A stretch of DNA of 64,000 nt from Eledone cirrhosa (GCA_964016885.1 OZ024756.1:5146001-5210000); one strand, 5' to 3'. Positions 12,803 through 28,690 are shown, counted from the stretch's first letter. Numbers and translations are program-made. Notes: generated by a model from the letters alone, not told the origin.

Positions 12803-13897
12803 ACAAGGCCAGCAATTACCCAGTACATCACTGGTACTTTATTTTATCGACCCCGTAAGAATGAATGGCAAATCAACCGCGGTGGGATTTGAACTCAGAA
12901 TACCAAGGGTTGTAACTCTATGCGTCAAAGCATGGCGTCCGACCCTCTACCGATACTGCCAATCCACTAATAATTTCTGATATCAATGCCAGCAATTTGA
13001 AGGGGAGGCGAAAGTCGATTAAAACGACTCCAGTGCACTACTGGTACTTTATTTGATCGACCCTGTAAGGATGAAAGGCAGAGCTAACTTCGGCAGGATT
13101 TGAACTGAGGACGCATGGTGTCTGACGCTCTACCGATTGCTGTCAATCCACCACTCTAATAGTAAAAATAATAATAAGAACATATATTTAAAAACTACCA
13201 TGTCAATAAAGATAATAACGTGGTTGAGGAGAGGAGGAAGATAATATAGAAATATAAATTTAATCTGGTTTTATAGGAAAAGACATTAAACTATATTAGT
13301 TTTGAACAACTACGAAATAATAAAAGACGATGTTGCTAAAAGTGTGTGAAAGTGAAAGTTGTATAGACTAATATACTCTCTGGTTATTTCTCTAGTTAAT
13401 AACGGGGAACTGGTATTGAGTCATCTTTAGAGCCATTATAATATTATATTAAATAGTTACATAAAAACAGTTTTATAGAAATCGATAGCAATGAAGATCG
13501 AATGCTGAATAATATAGATAATAATTGTTTCTACTTTTGGCTCAAGGCCAGCAATTACCCCAGTGCATTACTGGTACTTTATCTTATCCAACCCGTAAGG
13601 ATGAAAGGCAAAGTTAACCTCGACAGGATTTGAACTCAGAATGGCAAAGGCCGGAACTCTATGCGTCAAAGCATGGTGTCCGAGCCTCTACCGATACTGC
13701 CAATCCACCGCCTTTAATTATAATTGTTTCTACTTTTGGCACAAGGCCAGCAATTATCCCAGTGCATTACTGGTACTTTATTTTATCGACCCCGTAAGGA
13801 TGAAAGGCAAAGTTAACCTCGGCGGGATTTGAACTCAGACCGTAAATAGGTGTAACTAAGCTGCAAAGCATGGCGTCCGATACTGCCAATTCACCGC
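12801..13897 (-). mobile_element. Cluster of four SINE S1 copies (about 12801, 12985, 13520, 13720)
   Basis: Repeated S1 consensus. Confidence 0.88.
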
Positions 13898-14219
13898 AAT
13901 AATAATAAAAGATATTGAAATATTACCTCCGAAATATTTAATCGTTCCTGATATATTTCGGGTAAATCATTTATCAAAGGAGTTAAAAGAATACGATAGA
14001 GGTGCTATTGTTGATTACGGTAGCTTACTGCGTTAATTCCTTTGAAAGGGGATTTTTATCAGAATATTAGGCCACTCGTGACCCGTTGGCTCACGTTCAA
14101 TTCAAAATATTTTTTAAAAAATCATGTTCACTTAAAAATAATTTTTAAATAATTAAAATATACACAAAGATGTGTATAATGTGTAATGAAACTGGAAGGC
14201 CCATATGTATACGTGTGTG

Positions 14220-14614
<395 letters not shown>

Positions 14615-14718
14615 GTGTATATATAAATATATATATATGTGTATACATATATATATATGTGTGTGTGTATAAATAAATATATATATGGGTGCCTGTGATC
14701 TTTATATACTGGTCATAG

Positions 14719-14777
<59 letters not shown>

Positions 14778-15271
14778 ACATCAACACCACTAGCTCTCTC
14801 TCTTTCATGCTCCTTCACTGCTCCTCTCCCTCTCTCGATCAATCTACCTTCTCACAACCACTATATCTTTCTATCTATCCTTCTCTCTCTCTATTTATGA
14901 AGGTACCCAGAAAACCCCATATCTCGGGAACCCGTGCTTCGATCTACGCGAAACTTGTTTTGTTCCATTTGTATTCCCGCTTCAGGGTCAATTTCCTTTT
15001 AAAGTATTTTACCATTATGCGCCATTTTGGCTGTATTACATTACAGACAAGCAAGCGATCACAGACTTTTAGTAATATATAGTTATCAGGGCAAATTAAA
15101 TATTTAAATCCCAAATAGGATTTAAGTAGCTTCATCAACCGGCAATTGACGAAGCCTATACTTCTGACATGACCCAAACCAAACAGAAAGTGATGGGTGT
15201 CAAACAGGGAAAGTTAATGCTATGCTGTGAAATCTTCCATGCGTTAATTTCGACAATTCTTATGTAACTGC

Positions 15272-15682
15272 ATTATTTCTTTCCAGGGCTGGATTGGCAG
15301 TATCGGTAGAGGGTCGGACGCCATGCTTTCCAGCATAGTTACGTCCATTTATGATCTGAGTTCAAATCCCGCCGTGGTTGACTTTGCCTTTCATCCTTAC
15401 GTGGTCGATGAAATAAAGTACCAGTAATGCACTGGTGATTGCTGGCCTTGTGCCTAAAGTAGAAACAATTATTTCTTTCCAGGGCGGTGTATTGGCAGTA
15501 TCGGTAGAGGGTCGGACGCCATGCTTTCCAGCATAGTTACGTCCCTTTACGATCTGAGTTCAAATCTCGCCGAGGTTGACTTTGCCTTTCATCCTTACGG
15601 GGTCGAGAAAATAAAGTACCATTAATGTACTGAATAATTGCTGGCCTTGTGCCTAAAGTAGAAACAATTATTTCTTTCCAGG
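15272..15682 (+). mobile_element. Two tandem SINE S1 copies bounded by three copies of one 16 bp TSD
   Basis: ATTATTTCTTTCCAGG at 15272, 15468, 15667. Confidence 0.92.
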
Positions 15683-15910
15683 CTCTATGTTGAAAAATAA
15701 ACCTCTTTTGGTCATTCCATGAGAGTATCTTGCTTATTTCAGCCGACCCTCTTATCTACAAATATAGCTTTATAGGTATTCCTTAGTTCTCTCTTTTTAT
15801 TTTATATATATATAAAATAAAAAACAGAGAATTACCGAAACGTCGTTCCTCACTCCACACTCTCAAAAGCTACTATTGTACTGCCTCTGTATTTATTCCT
15901 TTCCAATTTT

Positions 15911-15967
<57 letters not shown>

Positions 15968-16003
15968 CTTTAGGTTTTTACATATTCCTTTGTTATATTT
16001 TGA

Positions 16004-16061
16004 ATACCTGATGATATCACCGGATTCATATGGAACCCGGTCATTGAAATGATCATAGTAT
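16004..16061 (+). ncRNA. Type I hammerhead ribozyme motif
   Basis: ATAC-CTGATGA-(ACCGG...CCGGT)-GAAA-TGATCA-TA-GTAT; the 3' half recurs at 38435-38490. Confidence 0.8.
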
Positions 16062-16110
16062 AATAAACCTTTCAAGGATTTACACCAGTCCAGCCTCCTG
16101 TTATTTTATT

Positions 16111-16159
<49 letters not shown>

Positions 16160-16160
<1 letters not shown>

Positions 16161-16351
16161 ACCAGGGAGTTGTGGTAAGGAACCAGATGGACCATAACGC
16201 ACCAGAGTACTCAATACTTAGTCTAGTAGAGTGGGTAATAGGAAAATGTATGACCCCGACGGCAGAGCTGAAGCCGTTTCAATGGCTCTTTCAGTCCAGA
16301 AATAGCCGTCGAAACGGCTTGAGTTCTGCCGTCGGGGTCATCATAAATGTT

Positions 16352-16356
<5 letters not shown>
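16160..16356 (-). mobile_element. Family B fold-back element (palindrome 16238-16356 plus tail)
   Basis: Imperfect inverted repeat; homologous to 33461-33666 and 45886-46063. Confidence 0.88.
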
Positions 16357-16383
<27 letters not shown>

Positions 16384-16391
<8 letters not shown>

Positions 16392-16624
16392 GACAGGGGG
16401 GAAGAAAAAAATGGCTTCACTTGTGCTTTCAATAAATTTATTTTCTTGACAAAATCCAAAAATAATTTTTTTCCGGATTGGAAAAAAAATTTTTAATCCG
16501 GAAAAAAACTCTTTTTGGATTTTGTGAAGAAAATAAATTTGTTGAAAGCACAAGTGAAGCCATTTTTTTCTTCCCCCCTGTCTTAATATACCTAACTGTA
16601 CCAAGGATTACACACATTTTCCAA
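16384..16624. repeat. Fold-back palindrome (16384-16590) with 34 bp unpaired tail, between TA arrays
   Basis: TTAAGACAGGGGGGAAG...CTTCCCCCCTGTCTTAA. Confidence 0.92.
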
Positions 16625-16914
16625 TATATATATATATACACAGACACACACACATACACACAAACAGCACATATAGAGTATATGCCGTCAAAAAGTGTGT
16701 GTAAAATTCTAAGTGCATCAGTGACGTCACCAACATTTCCAGGGGGTGAATGCCAGGAATTATTTGGATTTTTAACTCACTTCTTGGAATCGGTGAATGG
16801 ATTCTTCTGAGAACCTGACCATATGGCTGAGTATTTCGACTCAGCAAGTACGGCAAACAAAGGACGCATTAACGAGATTCAGCACTATAGCAGATGACGA
16901 ATAACTCACATGTA

Positions 16915-17640
<726 letters not shown>

Positions 17641-17837
17641 CTGTGTATATGAATGGTCGTCAACATTTAGCTTGCAGGCAGAGAAGTGTGGAGCTCTATA
17701 GAGTGAAGGTCCAATGGGTGGGAAGTAAGACGCTGGAAATTAGGGGCTGAGTGGTAAATGGTTAGATTTGAATGGTGCAAACCATATTACAACCATACAG
17801 CAACCAAATAGATGGATATACGTAAAGAGAAGGATAC

Positions 17838-18438
17838 ACACGCTCTCACTCTCACACACACGCTCTCTCACTCCCTCACTCACTCACTCACTCACTCACT
17901 CACTCTCTCACTCACTCACTCACTCACCCACTCACTCACTCACTCACTCACTCACTCACTCACTCACTCACTCACTCACCCACCCACCCACTCACTCACT
18001 CACTCACTCACTCACTCACTCACTCACTCACTCACTCACCCACTCACTCACTCACTCACTCACTCACTCACTCACCCACTCACCCACCCACCCACTCACT
18101 CACTCACTCACTCCCTCACTCACTCACTCACCCACCCACCCACTCACTCACTCACTCACTCACTCACTCACTCACTCACTCACTCACTCACTCACTCACC
18201 CACTCACCCACCCACCCACTCACTCACTCACTCACTCACTCACTCACTCACTCACCCACCCACCCACCCACTCACTCACTCACTCACTCACTCACTCACT
18301 CACTCACTCCCCCACCCACCCACCCACTCACTCACTCACTCACTCACTCACTCACTCACTCACTCACTCACTCTCACACACACTCACTCACTCACTCACT
18401 CACTCACTCACTCACTCACTCACTCACTCACTCACTCA
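17838..18438. repeat. (CACT)n/(CACC)n tetranucleotide array
   Basis: Directly visible; source of the HSLT ORFs. Confidence 0.97.
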
Positions 18439-18537
18439 TATATATATATATATATATATATCGATACGTACACATATATGTAGAAGTGTGTGTCTGTATA
18501 TGAATACCACGATTATATATATATGAATAATGTGTGA

Positions 18538-18584
<47 letters not shown>

Positions 18585-18646
18585 GAGAGAGAGAAAAATG
18601 TCTTCTACAGGGCTAGAACTGTTTAATTCGGGAAGAAATCATCATG

Positions 18647-18697
18647 GGCATCCTGATGATTTCTCCCCAATGAAACAGTTCTAGTCCTGTAGAAGCC
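18647..18697 (+). ncRNA. Hammerhead motif (family A) preceded by a degenerate inverted copy (18603-18644)
   Basis: GGCATC-CTGATGA-tttctccccaat-GAAA-CAGttctagtcCTG-TA-GAAGCC. Confidence 0.75.
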
Positions 18698-19059
18698 AGT
18701 TCTATATTATATATTTATGCATGACTCCAGCCTGACTAGGAGTAGGAAGCTGTCATTCCCTGATGTTATCTCTAGGGATACGGGAATCAGCAGACAGGAC
18801 CTGGGGGCAGCGATGGGGGACAGGGGATTCTGGAGCATGAGAGTGAGATCCATCATCTCGTCAGTAGTCGACGAGTGATGGTGATGATTTATGCATTGAG
18901 TACCTGACTTACTGTGGTTGTCCCCGATTGAACCCGGGATAAATAAATAAATATATATATATATTTAAAAGGTATACAGAAATAACCACACAATCGGTCC
19001 AGTATATGGAAGGGATATATTAGGTTAACACTTGATATAGTGATATAGCAGGAAAGGTG

Positions 19060-19095
19060 TCTTAACGTTTCGGACGCTAGTCCTTCATCAGAAGA
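19060..19095 (-). ncRNA. Minimal Penelope-type hammerhead
   Basis: TCTT-CTGATGA-aGGACtagcGTCC-GAAA-CG-TT-AAGA; stem III reduced to the palindrome ACGT. Confidence 0.85.
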
Positions 19096-19372
19096 AATAA
19101 TGAGAAATAAGATAGATTGAGGGGACGGGCGGGTTGGAATTGGAAAAAATGTCTTTAGATAAAAATAAGAGAGAGGTCTAGGGAGAAGAGACATGTAATA
19201 AACACAGTAGAGAGAGTGTGTTTATTTCCTTGAAAACATATTTTACTCGAAATATTGAAACAGAAATATTCCAAGGTAAAAAACGTATTGATTCTGTATC
19301 TCATCCCCATTATTTCTTACACAAACATATTCTGTCCTCACACTTAATGACACAATAGCATTTTCTCCAGAC

Positions 19373-19466
<94 letters not shown>

Positions 19467-19999
19467 ATATATATTTTTTTTAAATATATTTTTTTATATT
19501 TTTATATTTTTTATATATTTTTTTATATATTTTTATATATATATATATATATTTTTCTTTTTCATACATACATACATACATATATACCTACATACATACA
19601 TACCAGGGTCGAAGGGTCCGTGCATGCAACGCATGCGGTGTATGCGTTATAGTCGGTTGAAGCAAGCAGAATTTTGGCTTCTTACTAAAACGTATAGACA
19701 CAAAAAAAGATAACTCACACACACACATATACGAAAACACATACACACAAGCAGACGACAGCTTTGGGGGCAAGCACAATTTTGACTGCTTACTAAATCG
19801 TAGACACATAACAAGATAACACACACACACAAACACTAGATAACACTACATACGGCTTTGACTCGGAGGGTCATTTAGAGGGAATTGGAAGGGGGGGGGG
19901 GTAAAGCTGCACAGCCCCACTTTCCGCCATGGCGATTGGACTGCATTCCTTGCTTTCCAGGTTACCCTTCGCCGCTGTATTACATACATACATGCATTC

Positions 20000-20524
20000 G
20001 TGATGGCTGCAAACTCTGCTAAGAGTATTGCAACGCTTGTCAGATTACAGAAAATGGTACACTTTTATGTTACGACCAGCCACAAAATCTTGTAACAGAA
20101 CCTGAACAAGGAATGCCTGTGCTTTGAAGGTTTTTTTAAGTGGGGGAAGGCCTTGCACTCGACCAATCCCAGTCTCAGAGCATCGAAAACACTACCCAAA
20201 AAGGAGAAGTGGTCAACATCATCGGATGTTTCCGAAGCCGTAGGCTTTTTTTTTTTTAGAGTTTCCCTCTCGTAGAAAGGTGTTGTGACAACAACTGGGG
20301 GCCTTTCACTCCCAGGTGAAAAATAGGACTATTTGGATCGCCATTAACTCTGCTGAGTTCCTCCGCCCTTTGCGGGGTCTTGTATTTCATCCCGCAAGGT
20401 GTCCAATATCACCCTCCTCACCAAGCAAGCATGGTGGGTTGCCGGTTTAGTCGCCGACGACCCGACCATGAGACAAGTTGTTCTGGGTTACATGTTACCA
20501 GTAGCACTAGAGAGCGACCTGACA
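20000..20524 (-). mobile_element. Non-autonomous RTE-like element (family S3)
   Basis: Homologous to 31469-32120, 42512-43120 and 56373-56918; shared TGTCAGGT-like start and GCAGCCATCA end. Confidence 0.8.
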
Positions 20525-20615
20525 TACATACATATATATATATATATATTGTTATATTGGGGGGGGGGGTGTCATATTGTCTATAATATAGACTTTGATA
20601 GACACTATATATATA

Positions 20616-20653
<38 letters not shown>

Positions 20654-20874
20654 ACCGTTGGTTAATCAATGATAAACATTGAATGCCAGCTAAATTAACT
20701 TTCGGGATATAAAATATACAGAAGCGAAAACCAATCCAGTGAGTTTTATTATTATTTCTGGCAATATTATAACAATATGACCCTCCCCAAATATAACAGT
20801 ATTTGTTTCAACACACGATTTCATATAAAAAAAACTGCCAAAAAACACACACACACACACGCGCACGCGCGTGT

Positions 20875-21100
20875 ATATATGTATATATATGTATATATAT
20901 ATATATGTATATACATATATATATATGTATATATGTATATATATGTATATATATATATATATGTATATACATATATATATATGTATATATGTATATATAT
21001 GTATATATATATGTATATACATATATATATATGTATATATATATATATGTATATACATATATATATATGTATATATGTATATATATATATATGTATATAC

Positions 21101-21184
<84 letters not shown>

Positions 21185-21349
21185 GTATGTATATATATAT
21201 ATATATGTATATGTATATATGTATATATATATGTATATATGTATATATGTATATATATATATATGTATATATGTATATATATATATATGTATATATATAT
21301 ATGTATATATATATATATGTATATATATGTATATATGTATATATGTATA

Positions 21350-21423
<74 letters not shown>
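20875..21423. repeat. (TA)n microsatellite with TG interruptions
   Basis: Directly visible. Confidence 0.97.
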
Positions 21424-21425
<2 letters not shown>

Positions 21426-22129
21426 CTTACGTGATTAAATCGTGAAAATAGATTTAAAAATTGAGGGAATTTCGATTAAAAAAATGAAAGCTGATTACGC
21501 TTGCATTGATCATAACAGGGGTTAGATAACAAATATTAAGTGGGTTTTAAGTGGGTGTGTTTGGTATAGAACAGACAAGTTAGCTGGGCGTGGTATTTGA
21601 TATATAGTTATAAGAATGTTAGTAACTTTACAAAGTGAGGTGCGGTATTTGACATACAATAGAAGATTTATAATAATGTTTGAAAGATCGATGTATTTTC
21701 AAGCTATTATTTTCTATTGTTTTTAGAATTCCATTGTTTTTAAACGTTGTTTTGCAATTATCAGTAATGGAAAACAAAAGAATTGTTTTCTTCAAAAGAT
21801 GTTCATCTTTGATTCAAAGATATGTCGCATTTTATTGAATCCTGTTTCCATATATAATCAGTAATAAATGGGTGACCAACAATGGTGACAAATACATTGA
21901 TTTCTTTGGGATAAAAGAAAACCGATTTTGAGTCAACATGAAAGATTTGTCTATGAGCAATATAATGTTAAGTTAAGTCCCAGACGGAAATACATATTTG
22001 GATTACTATGATCGACTCAAAATTCCTGAATGCGTTGCCCCAGCATGGCCCCATTTCAATAGATTTGAAACCCAATTACACCATGTTTACCTTGACCTTG
22101 ATATATCACAGTTTACTGGAAAGAGATTA

Positions 22130-22660
22130 TATTTATCATCATCCGGCGGCCTCAGCCGAAATGGACTCACCAATTGATCTCCACGTGGGTCTGTCGTTCA
22201 TTGCCGTTGCCAAGTTCTGGATATCAATACCAGCATCTCTGGAGATGACATCGGGATAGGAGAGCTTGTGCCCCCGTTATTAGTGACTGCTTGTGGTTTC
22301 CAAAGCAGTAATGGGGACACAGCCTCATAGGTGGCACGATGGCAGTGGCCAGCAAATCTTACTTTCCTTGTATGTACAACGACTGATTTGCGTGGGAGGC
22401 CGGCATATATTTCTTTCAAAGTCAGATATCACCAGCTTATGTTCTGAATGTGTTGAAGCAGGCGAGTGTAGGGGGCCATCAAGGTGCTTTTGTTGTTTGG
22501 ATGAAAGCGTCCATGTTTCACTTCCATATAGCAAGATTGGTTGAATTGTTACTTGGAAGAGTTTGATCTTGGTGTGGTTGGAAAGATTTGAGCGCCAAAC
22601 TTGATCCAGGGTCCAAGATATATGAAATCCTCGACTTGCTTGATATCACTGACGTTGATT
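22130..22660 (-). mobile_element. Decayed RTE/RTE-X LINE RT C-terminal fragment
   Basis: LLYGSETWTLS, KVRFAGHCHR, LLLWKP, AMNDRPTWR motifs across frameshifts. Confidence 0.85.
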
Positions 22661-22899
22661 TCTATTCATAGCTAATACAAGTGTAAGGCAATTAACTCAT
22701 TATTTCGTTTTTAATAATTATTTATTTAAATTATATTTCACAAGAAAGGTAAGGAATTGCAATATCGTTCGTACGTCGGATAGAATGCCTTTCAGTGTTT
22801 GTTCGAGCAAGCACTCTTCTGAGATGAAACCTCATCGAGTTCAACTTTGCGTTTCATACTTTGAAGGTCGATAAAAAAAACCCTAGCCTTGTCTAAGAC

Positions 22900-23280
22900 T
22901 AATCTAAATGCTGTCTCAAGCCAGGAGGCTCACCAAGCCGGTGCTTATGCCGGTTCCGTTGTGTGAAACGACTGACAGTACAAGACTCCCACCTGGCCAC
23001 GACACCAGCCCACCGCAGTGTTAAAGTCTCTCTCAAGCCAGAAGACTCATCAGACCAGTGCTTATCCTGGTTTTCATGGCATTAAGCGACTGAGATTACA
23101 GACTCTCCCATGGACAGGATGCCATTGCTGGTGCTCATTTTCAGCTTGAGCATTCTGATCAACATGAATTGAAGTGTTCTACTCAAGAATACAACACACA
23201 ACCCAGTCCAGGAATCGAACCCATGACGAGATTGTGATCTTAAGTCCAACTCTCTTACGACAAGGGTCCCCGCCTTCACT
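22900..23280 (-). mobile_element. tRNA-derived SINE (S2-like head) with duplicated 3' segment
   Basis: B box GGTTCGATTCC, CTTGAGTAGAACACTT block; 22915-23020 repeats 23030-23130. Confidence 0.7.
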
Positions 23281-23614
23281 TATAGCTTAGTACTGTGGAT
23301 AATTCTCCCTCTCTATATTTTCCAATGTTCACTTTCTCGTCTCTTCTCTTTTCTCTACAAAAAAATCGTCAATGTTTAAACCTGGAGGGGAATGGATTCC
23401 GGCAGGTATAAATTGCTTAAGGCAATGTCACTACGGCAACCCCTAACATTCCACCTGGAGTTAAAGGTGCATATATTGATGGTTGGATGGATAATATAAT
23501 GGTTTCAGCTGTATTTGTCTTCAGCTATATTTGACCCCAGAACGTAATATCACGAAATATTTTTTCAGATGTTCTAACGATTCTGACAATTCATCGCCCT
23601 TGGGTCAATAAACT

Positions 23615-24202
23615 AATGTTTTCTGATTTCGGCACAAGGCCAGCAATTTTGAGGGAAGGAGAAAGTCGATTAAATCGACCCCAGTGAGTGACAGGTATTT
23701 TATCGACCATGTAAATGATGAAAGGCAATGCTAACCTCGGCGGGATTTGAACTCAGAGCGTAAAGAGTAATAAATAAATGTCACAGTGCTGTCAATTCAA
23801 TTCTTCGCCCTTTGATGGATTAAATAATGATTTCTTATATAGGCACAAGGCCAGTAATTTTGGGGGAGGGGAAAGTCGATTAAATCAACCCCAGTGCATT
23901 ACTAGTACTTTATTTTATCGGCCCCGTAAAGATGAAAGGCAAAGTTAACCTCGGTCGGATTTGAACTCGATCATAAAGGGCCGTAACTCTAGCTGTTTGA
24001 TAGATAAAATAATGGTTTCTTATATAAGCACAAGGCCAGAAATTTTGGGCGAGGGGAAAGTCGATTAAATTGATCCCAGTGCGTGACTGGTACTTTATTT
24101 TAAACGACCCCGTGAGGATGAAGAGCAAAGTTAACCTCGGCGGGATTTGAACTCAGATCATAAAGGACCGAAACTCTATGCTGTTTGATGGATAAAATAA
24201 TA
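23615..24202 (-). mobile_element. Three head-to-tail SINE S1 (long form) copies
   Basis: S1 consensus; spacer TTTGATRGATWAAATAAT repeated at about 23811, 23996, 24185. Confidence 0.9.
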
Positions 24203-25274
24203 AAATGTGAAATATTTCCGTCGCCTCTTGATGTTTGTATCTCACTGTCTCCTCCAAACGTCATATTTATAATTAATCTAAGTGTAAAGTTTATTAATTA
24301 GTTTGTTTTTATCATAGTATATGTTATATTTCACAAAATACGTGGTATTAGCTTCAAACTTCACACGCAATTTCCATCATAAGCTCTTGAAATGACCAAC
24401 AGATCGTATTTATATAGTCATGTTATGAAGTTAAACACTTTGAAAATATTGTGGACAAACTAGTCTTTGATCTAACAGTTCTAGAGAAATTTTACTCTTG
24501 TGACCTTATGATCTAAGCGACACTCATTTAAATATTTGCTTTATCATATATCAAAAGAAGCTTTTTTCGATTTCATTTCATTTCTGTCACGCCTTTTCTC
24601 CTCCCACCCAATCTTTCCTAATTTAAATCTATGGCTTCTCCTATCTCTTCATATTTTGATTCTATTTTTGGCTATTTTCACAGTTTTCCTATATTATCTC
24701 TCGCTATCTCTACCTCCGCACATTCCCCATTTTTATTTCATTTTTTTCTCTCAAACTTTTTCATTTTCTGTCAAACATTTTTTATTTTCTCTCTTACCTT
24801 TTATCCTTTAATCATTTCCTTTCCCTCTTATTTCTATTTTTCAACTCCTTTTCTATTCTATTTTTTTTTTAACATTTATATCTCTCCATGCTAAAAACTG
24901 AGAACTCTGAAAATTGCAGTATTAATTTAAACATCAGAGTTAAACTGTGTTGAACCAGTCTGATGTAAGTTCAGTGTTCAATATAATACTGCTACACGTA
25001 GGTGAAGTGTATTCCCCAATAGCATGGGGCCGCGCTACGGTTTGTCGGAGAAACTAGGTACTGTCGAGTCTCGATTAATCGTCTCCCCACACCACTTATT
25101 AATTTTTAAGATATTCCCGCTCTTATCTCGCTCATTAAATTTTGCTAATCTATCACCGGCGAAATTTTATTTTAAGTGGAAACATTCCTGCGATAAGTAG
25201 CTTTCTTTATATAAAAAAAAACATTATACATGGCAAAAAAAAGTACATTACTAGAAATGCCAAACGTTATAAGA

Positions 25275-25375
25275 TAACTAGGACGGTTTGGGGTCTCAAT
25301 ATGTAAACTAAACGACTAATTCTGGTTTCGTTTTAAAAAAATCAACAGAGAAAACCTAGAAAAATTACCGATTTT
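25275..25375. repeat. Unclassified dispersed repeat, inverted homologue at about 48826-48930
   Basis: TCTCAATATGTAAAC...AACCTAGAAAAA shared. Confidence 0.6.
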
Positions 25376-25481
25376 CCACACATCCTCTGCTCATCTCTTA
25401 TTTGGAACCCGAGTGTAGACACAAACAGTGTTTAATTCCATTGGTCTATCTGTGTTTGTACTTCAATACAAATAAAGCAAT

Positions 25482-25707
25482 ATTATGTTAACCATACTAA
25501 GGACGTTGGATTGGCAGTATCGGTGGCGGGTCGGACGCCATGCTTTCCAGCATAGAGTTATGTCCCTTTGCGGTCTGAGTTCAAATCCCGCCGTGGTTAA
25601 CTTTGCCTTTCATCCTTACGGGGCCGATAAAATAAAGTACCTGTAATGCACTGAGATAATTGCTGGCCTTGTGCCAAAATTAGAAACAATTATGTTAACC
25701 ATACTAA
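25482..25707 (+). mobile_element. SINE S1 with 19 bp TSD
   Basis: ATTATGTTAACCATACTAA at 25482 and 25689. Confidence 0.92.
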
Positions 25708-26284
25708 TGAGAAGAAAAATGGTGGTTTTTACCAGAATTTAGTTGTGAGTTCACTCATGATTTAGTAATTAATTGACAAATTTATATTTTGGTGTTTATT
25801 TTATTTTTATTTGTTTCAGATTTATGGAAAAGTAATTCTATATAATATTTTTTACTGTTTTATAAAGCTGAAATTTTGATGTTAAAGTGGGGATTGTAAT
25901 CTATTTTAATCATTCACTAATCCCCCCCCCCCATTGATAATTCTCGTTAAATAACTGTCTTCCTAATTAGAATACCACAATACCTAGTTAAAATTGTATA
26001 ATGCAGAAAATTGAAGTTTGTTATAATTAATTTCCATTTTGTAGTAGAAGTTTTGTTTTCGTTTGGTGTGTATTAAAATAGAACACAGACAGCTACATAA
26101 CCAGCACTACAGGACTTACAAATATATACAGAATACAGATAATAGTACTACAAGCTACTATATATATATTATGAAGACTACAAACAATAAAATACAATTA
26201 CACCAAAAACAACTCTGCACATGGTTAAGGCGCACAAAGCTGTGCTCTGTACTGTAGTGAAAATACGCAATAGAAATTAGTCTA

Positions 26285-27305
26285 ATAATAGTTTCTACTT
26301 TTTTGCACAAGCCCAGCAATTACCCCAGTGTATTACTGGTACTTTATTTTATCGATCCTGCAAGGATGAAAGGAAAAGTCAACCTCAGCGGGATTTGAAC
26401 TGTGCCAAAAAGTAGAAACAATTATTTGACTAATTTTTATTAGTCAAATAATAATTGTTTCTACTTTAGGCACAAGGCTAGCAATTACACCAGTGTATTA
26501 CTGGTACTTTATTTTATCGACTCCGTAAGGATGAAAGGAAAAGTCAACCTCGGCGGGATTTGAACTCAGATCGTAAAGGGACGTAACTATGCTGGAAAGC
26601 ATGGCGTCCGACCCTCTACCGATACTGCCAACCTACCGTTTGCGTGTTTCTGTGTGTTACACGCCGCCGATCCGTCGTCCGTCTTCCATGTTAGTTTTAC
26701 TTGGCACAAGGCCATCAATTACCTCAGTGTATTACCGGTACTTTATTTTATCGACTCCGTAAGGATGAAAGGCAAAGTTAACCTCGGCGGGATTTGAACT
26801 CTATGCTGGAAAGCATGGTGTCTGACGCTTTACCGATACTGCCAAATAATAATAATAATAATAATAATGCTTTCTACTATAGGCACAAGGCCAGCAATTT
26901 TGGGGGAGGGGGAAGTCGATTAAATCGACCTCAGTTTGTTACTGGTACTTTATTTTATCGACCTCGTAAGGATGAAAGGCAAAGCAAACCTCGGCGGGAT
27001 TTGAACATAGAACGTAAAGTGCCGTAACTATATGCCGCAAAGCATGTTGTCCAACTGGCCTTAATCATAATAATTGTTTCTACTTTTGGCACAAGGCCAG
27101 AAATTATCACAGAGTATTACTGGTACTTTATTTTATCGACCCAGTAAGGATGAAAGGCAAAGTTAACCTTAAAGGTCTTAATCATAATAATAATAGTTTC
27201 TAATTTAAGGACAAGGCCAGCAATTTCGGGAGAAGGGAAAGTCGATTAAATTGAAATTAGAACGTAAAGATTTGAACACATCCGACGCTCTACCGATTCT
27301 GCCAA
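26285..27305 (-). mobile_element. Cluster of about six SINE S1 copies/fragments, with a small inverted tail at 26402-26474
   Basis: Repeated S1 consensus. Confidence 0.88.
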
Positions 27306-27709
27306 AGGCATGCTCAGTAGCATGTTATCTGACGAATTCTTATAACATTGCATGTTCGCTAGCTACGAAGTTCTACTAGATTTACTCTTTTTCTTATTTA
27401 TAGCAACATACTTAATTTAAATATTAAGATGTTAGAAAACGATTCCTGTCAACTTCTCCCTGTAGCCTATCTTCCACATATTTCCGTCTTCGGAGCCATG
27501 TTGCTATGACCAGTTTCCTTTAACTACTTTAGAATGCTAAACAGAAATATTTCTCGTTTTATTCCACGTTGTAACTATCCTATTACCCCATTTCCGATTC
27601 ACAGTAATTAAAGGGACAGTCTAAGTCACTCAATAGATGCACAAGTTGAACTTTCCCAGGACAACTAATTCCCCATATCACTTTTCTCCTTTCATTCTTC
27701 TCTTTCATA

Positions 27710-27742
<33 letters not shown>

Positions 27743-27949
27743 TTCATTCTCTCTCTCGCTCTCGCTCTCTCTCTCTCTCTCTCCCTCTCTCCCTCTCTCT
27801 CTCTCTCTTCCATTCTCTTTCTATCTCTATCATTCTCTCGCTGAGCCCCCCCCCCCCCTCTCTGCTCTTTTTCTCCCACTCTTATTATCTATTCTTTTAC
27901 TTTTCTGTCTATCCCTATTTCTTTGTCTCTTTACATATCTATCTATCTT

Positions 27950-28118
27950 TTCGGGGGTATGTGTTACCCATATAAACTGTCTCCCCCTTTTGAGGAAAAT
28001 CGACTAACCTTTTAAATTGCATTTGTGATAACATTTTACACGTTTTTATTGTATGTAAACTTCCCCCTTTGTATTTGTCCCCTTCTTTTGTGCCCCTGTG
28101 GCTAATAAAGAAACATAT
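27950..28118 (+). mobile_element. 3' UTR fragment of a Tx1/L1-like LINE in (TATC)n
   Basis: ...CCCCTGTGGCTAATAAAGAAACAT-(ATCT)n resembles the reverse complement of 58838-58890. Confidence 0.65.
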
Positions 28119-28690
28119 CTATCTATCTATCTATTTATATATCCGTCTGTCTTTCTATCTGCCTATCTCTCTCTCTCCATCCATCCATCTATCTATCTAC
28201 CTATCTATTGGAAAAAGTTTAACCCCGACGGCAGAGCGCAAGCCGTTTTGACGGCTATTTCTGGACTAAATTAGAATTTTTAGCGTGGTAAATAGATAGC
28301 CGAACTTTTCAAGGGGTAATTCCTTATATGGGAAGATTGAAGTTGTCAAAATTTCTTGTAAACACAATTAAATCTTTCATGGGAGGTGGGGGTGGCTGAA
28401 CTTGCCTGTAGAACAATGAGGGAGGGAGTGGAGACGGTCAAGCGTTGAAAGTGAATTCTATACATCAAATTGTAAGGAGCGTTTATGAAACTAGGCTAGT
28501 AAGGAAGCAGGGGAAAAAGGATTCTGGAGGAATTAGAGAAAGAACGTTATAGAATAGGTTAATAAATTGAGTTTAAAAGGTAATAAATAAATGAAAAATA
28601 TATAAAATTAATAAAATTAAATAGTAAAAAGTAATTAAAAATGAAACGAAATTTCATTTCCCACTCTTAGTTCGGCTGTTACTTAAATAC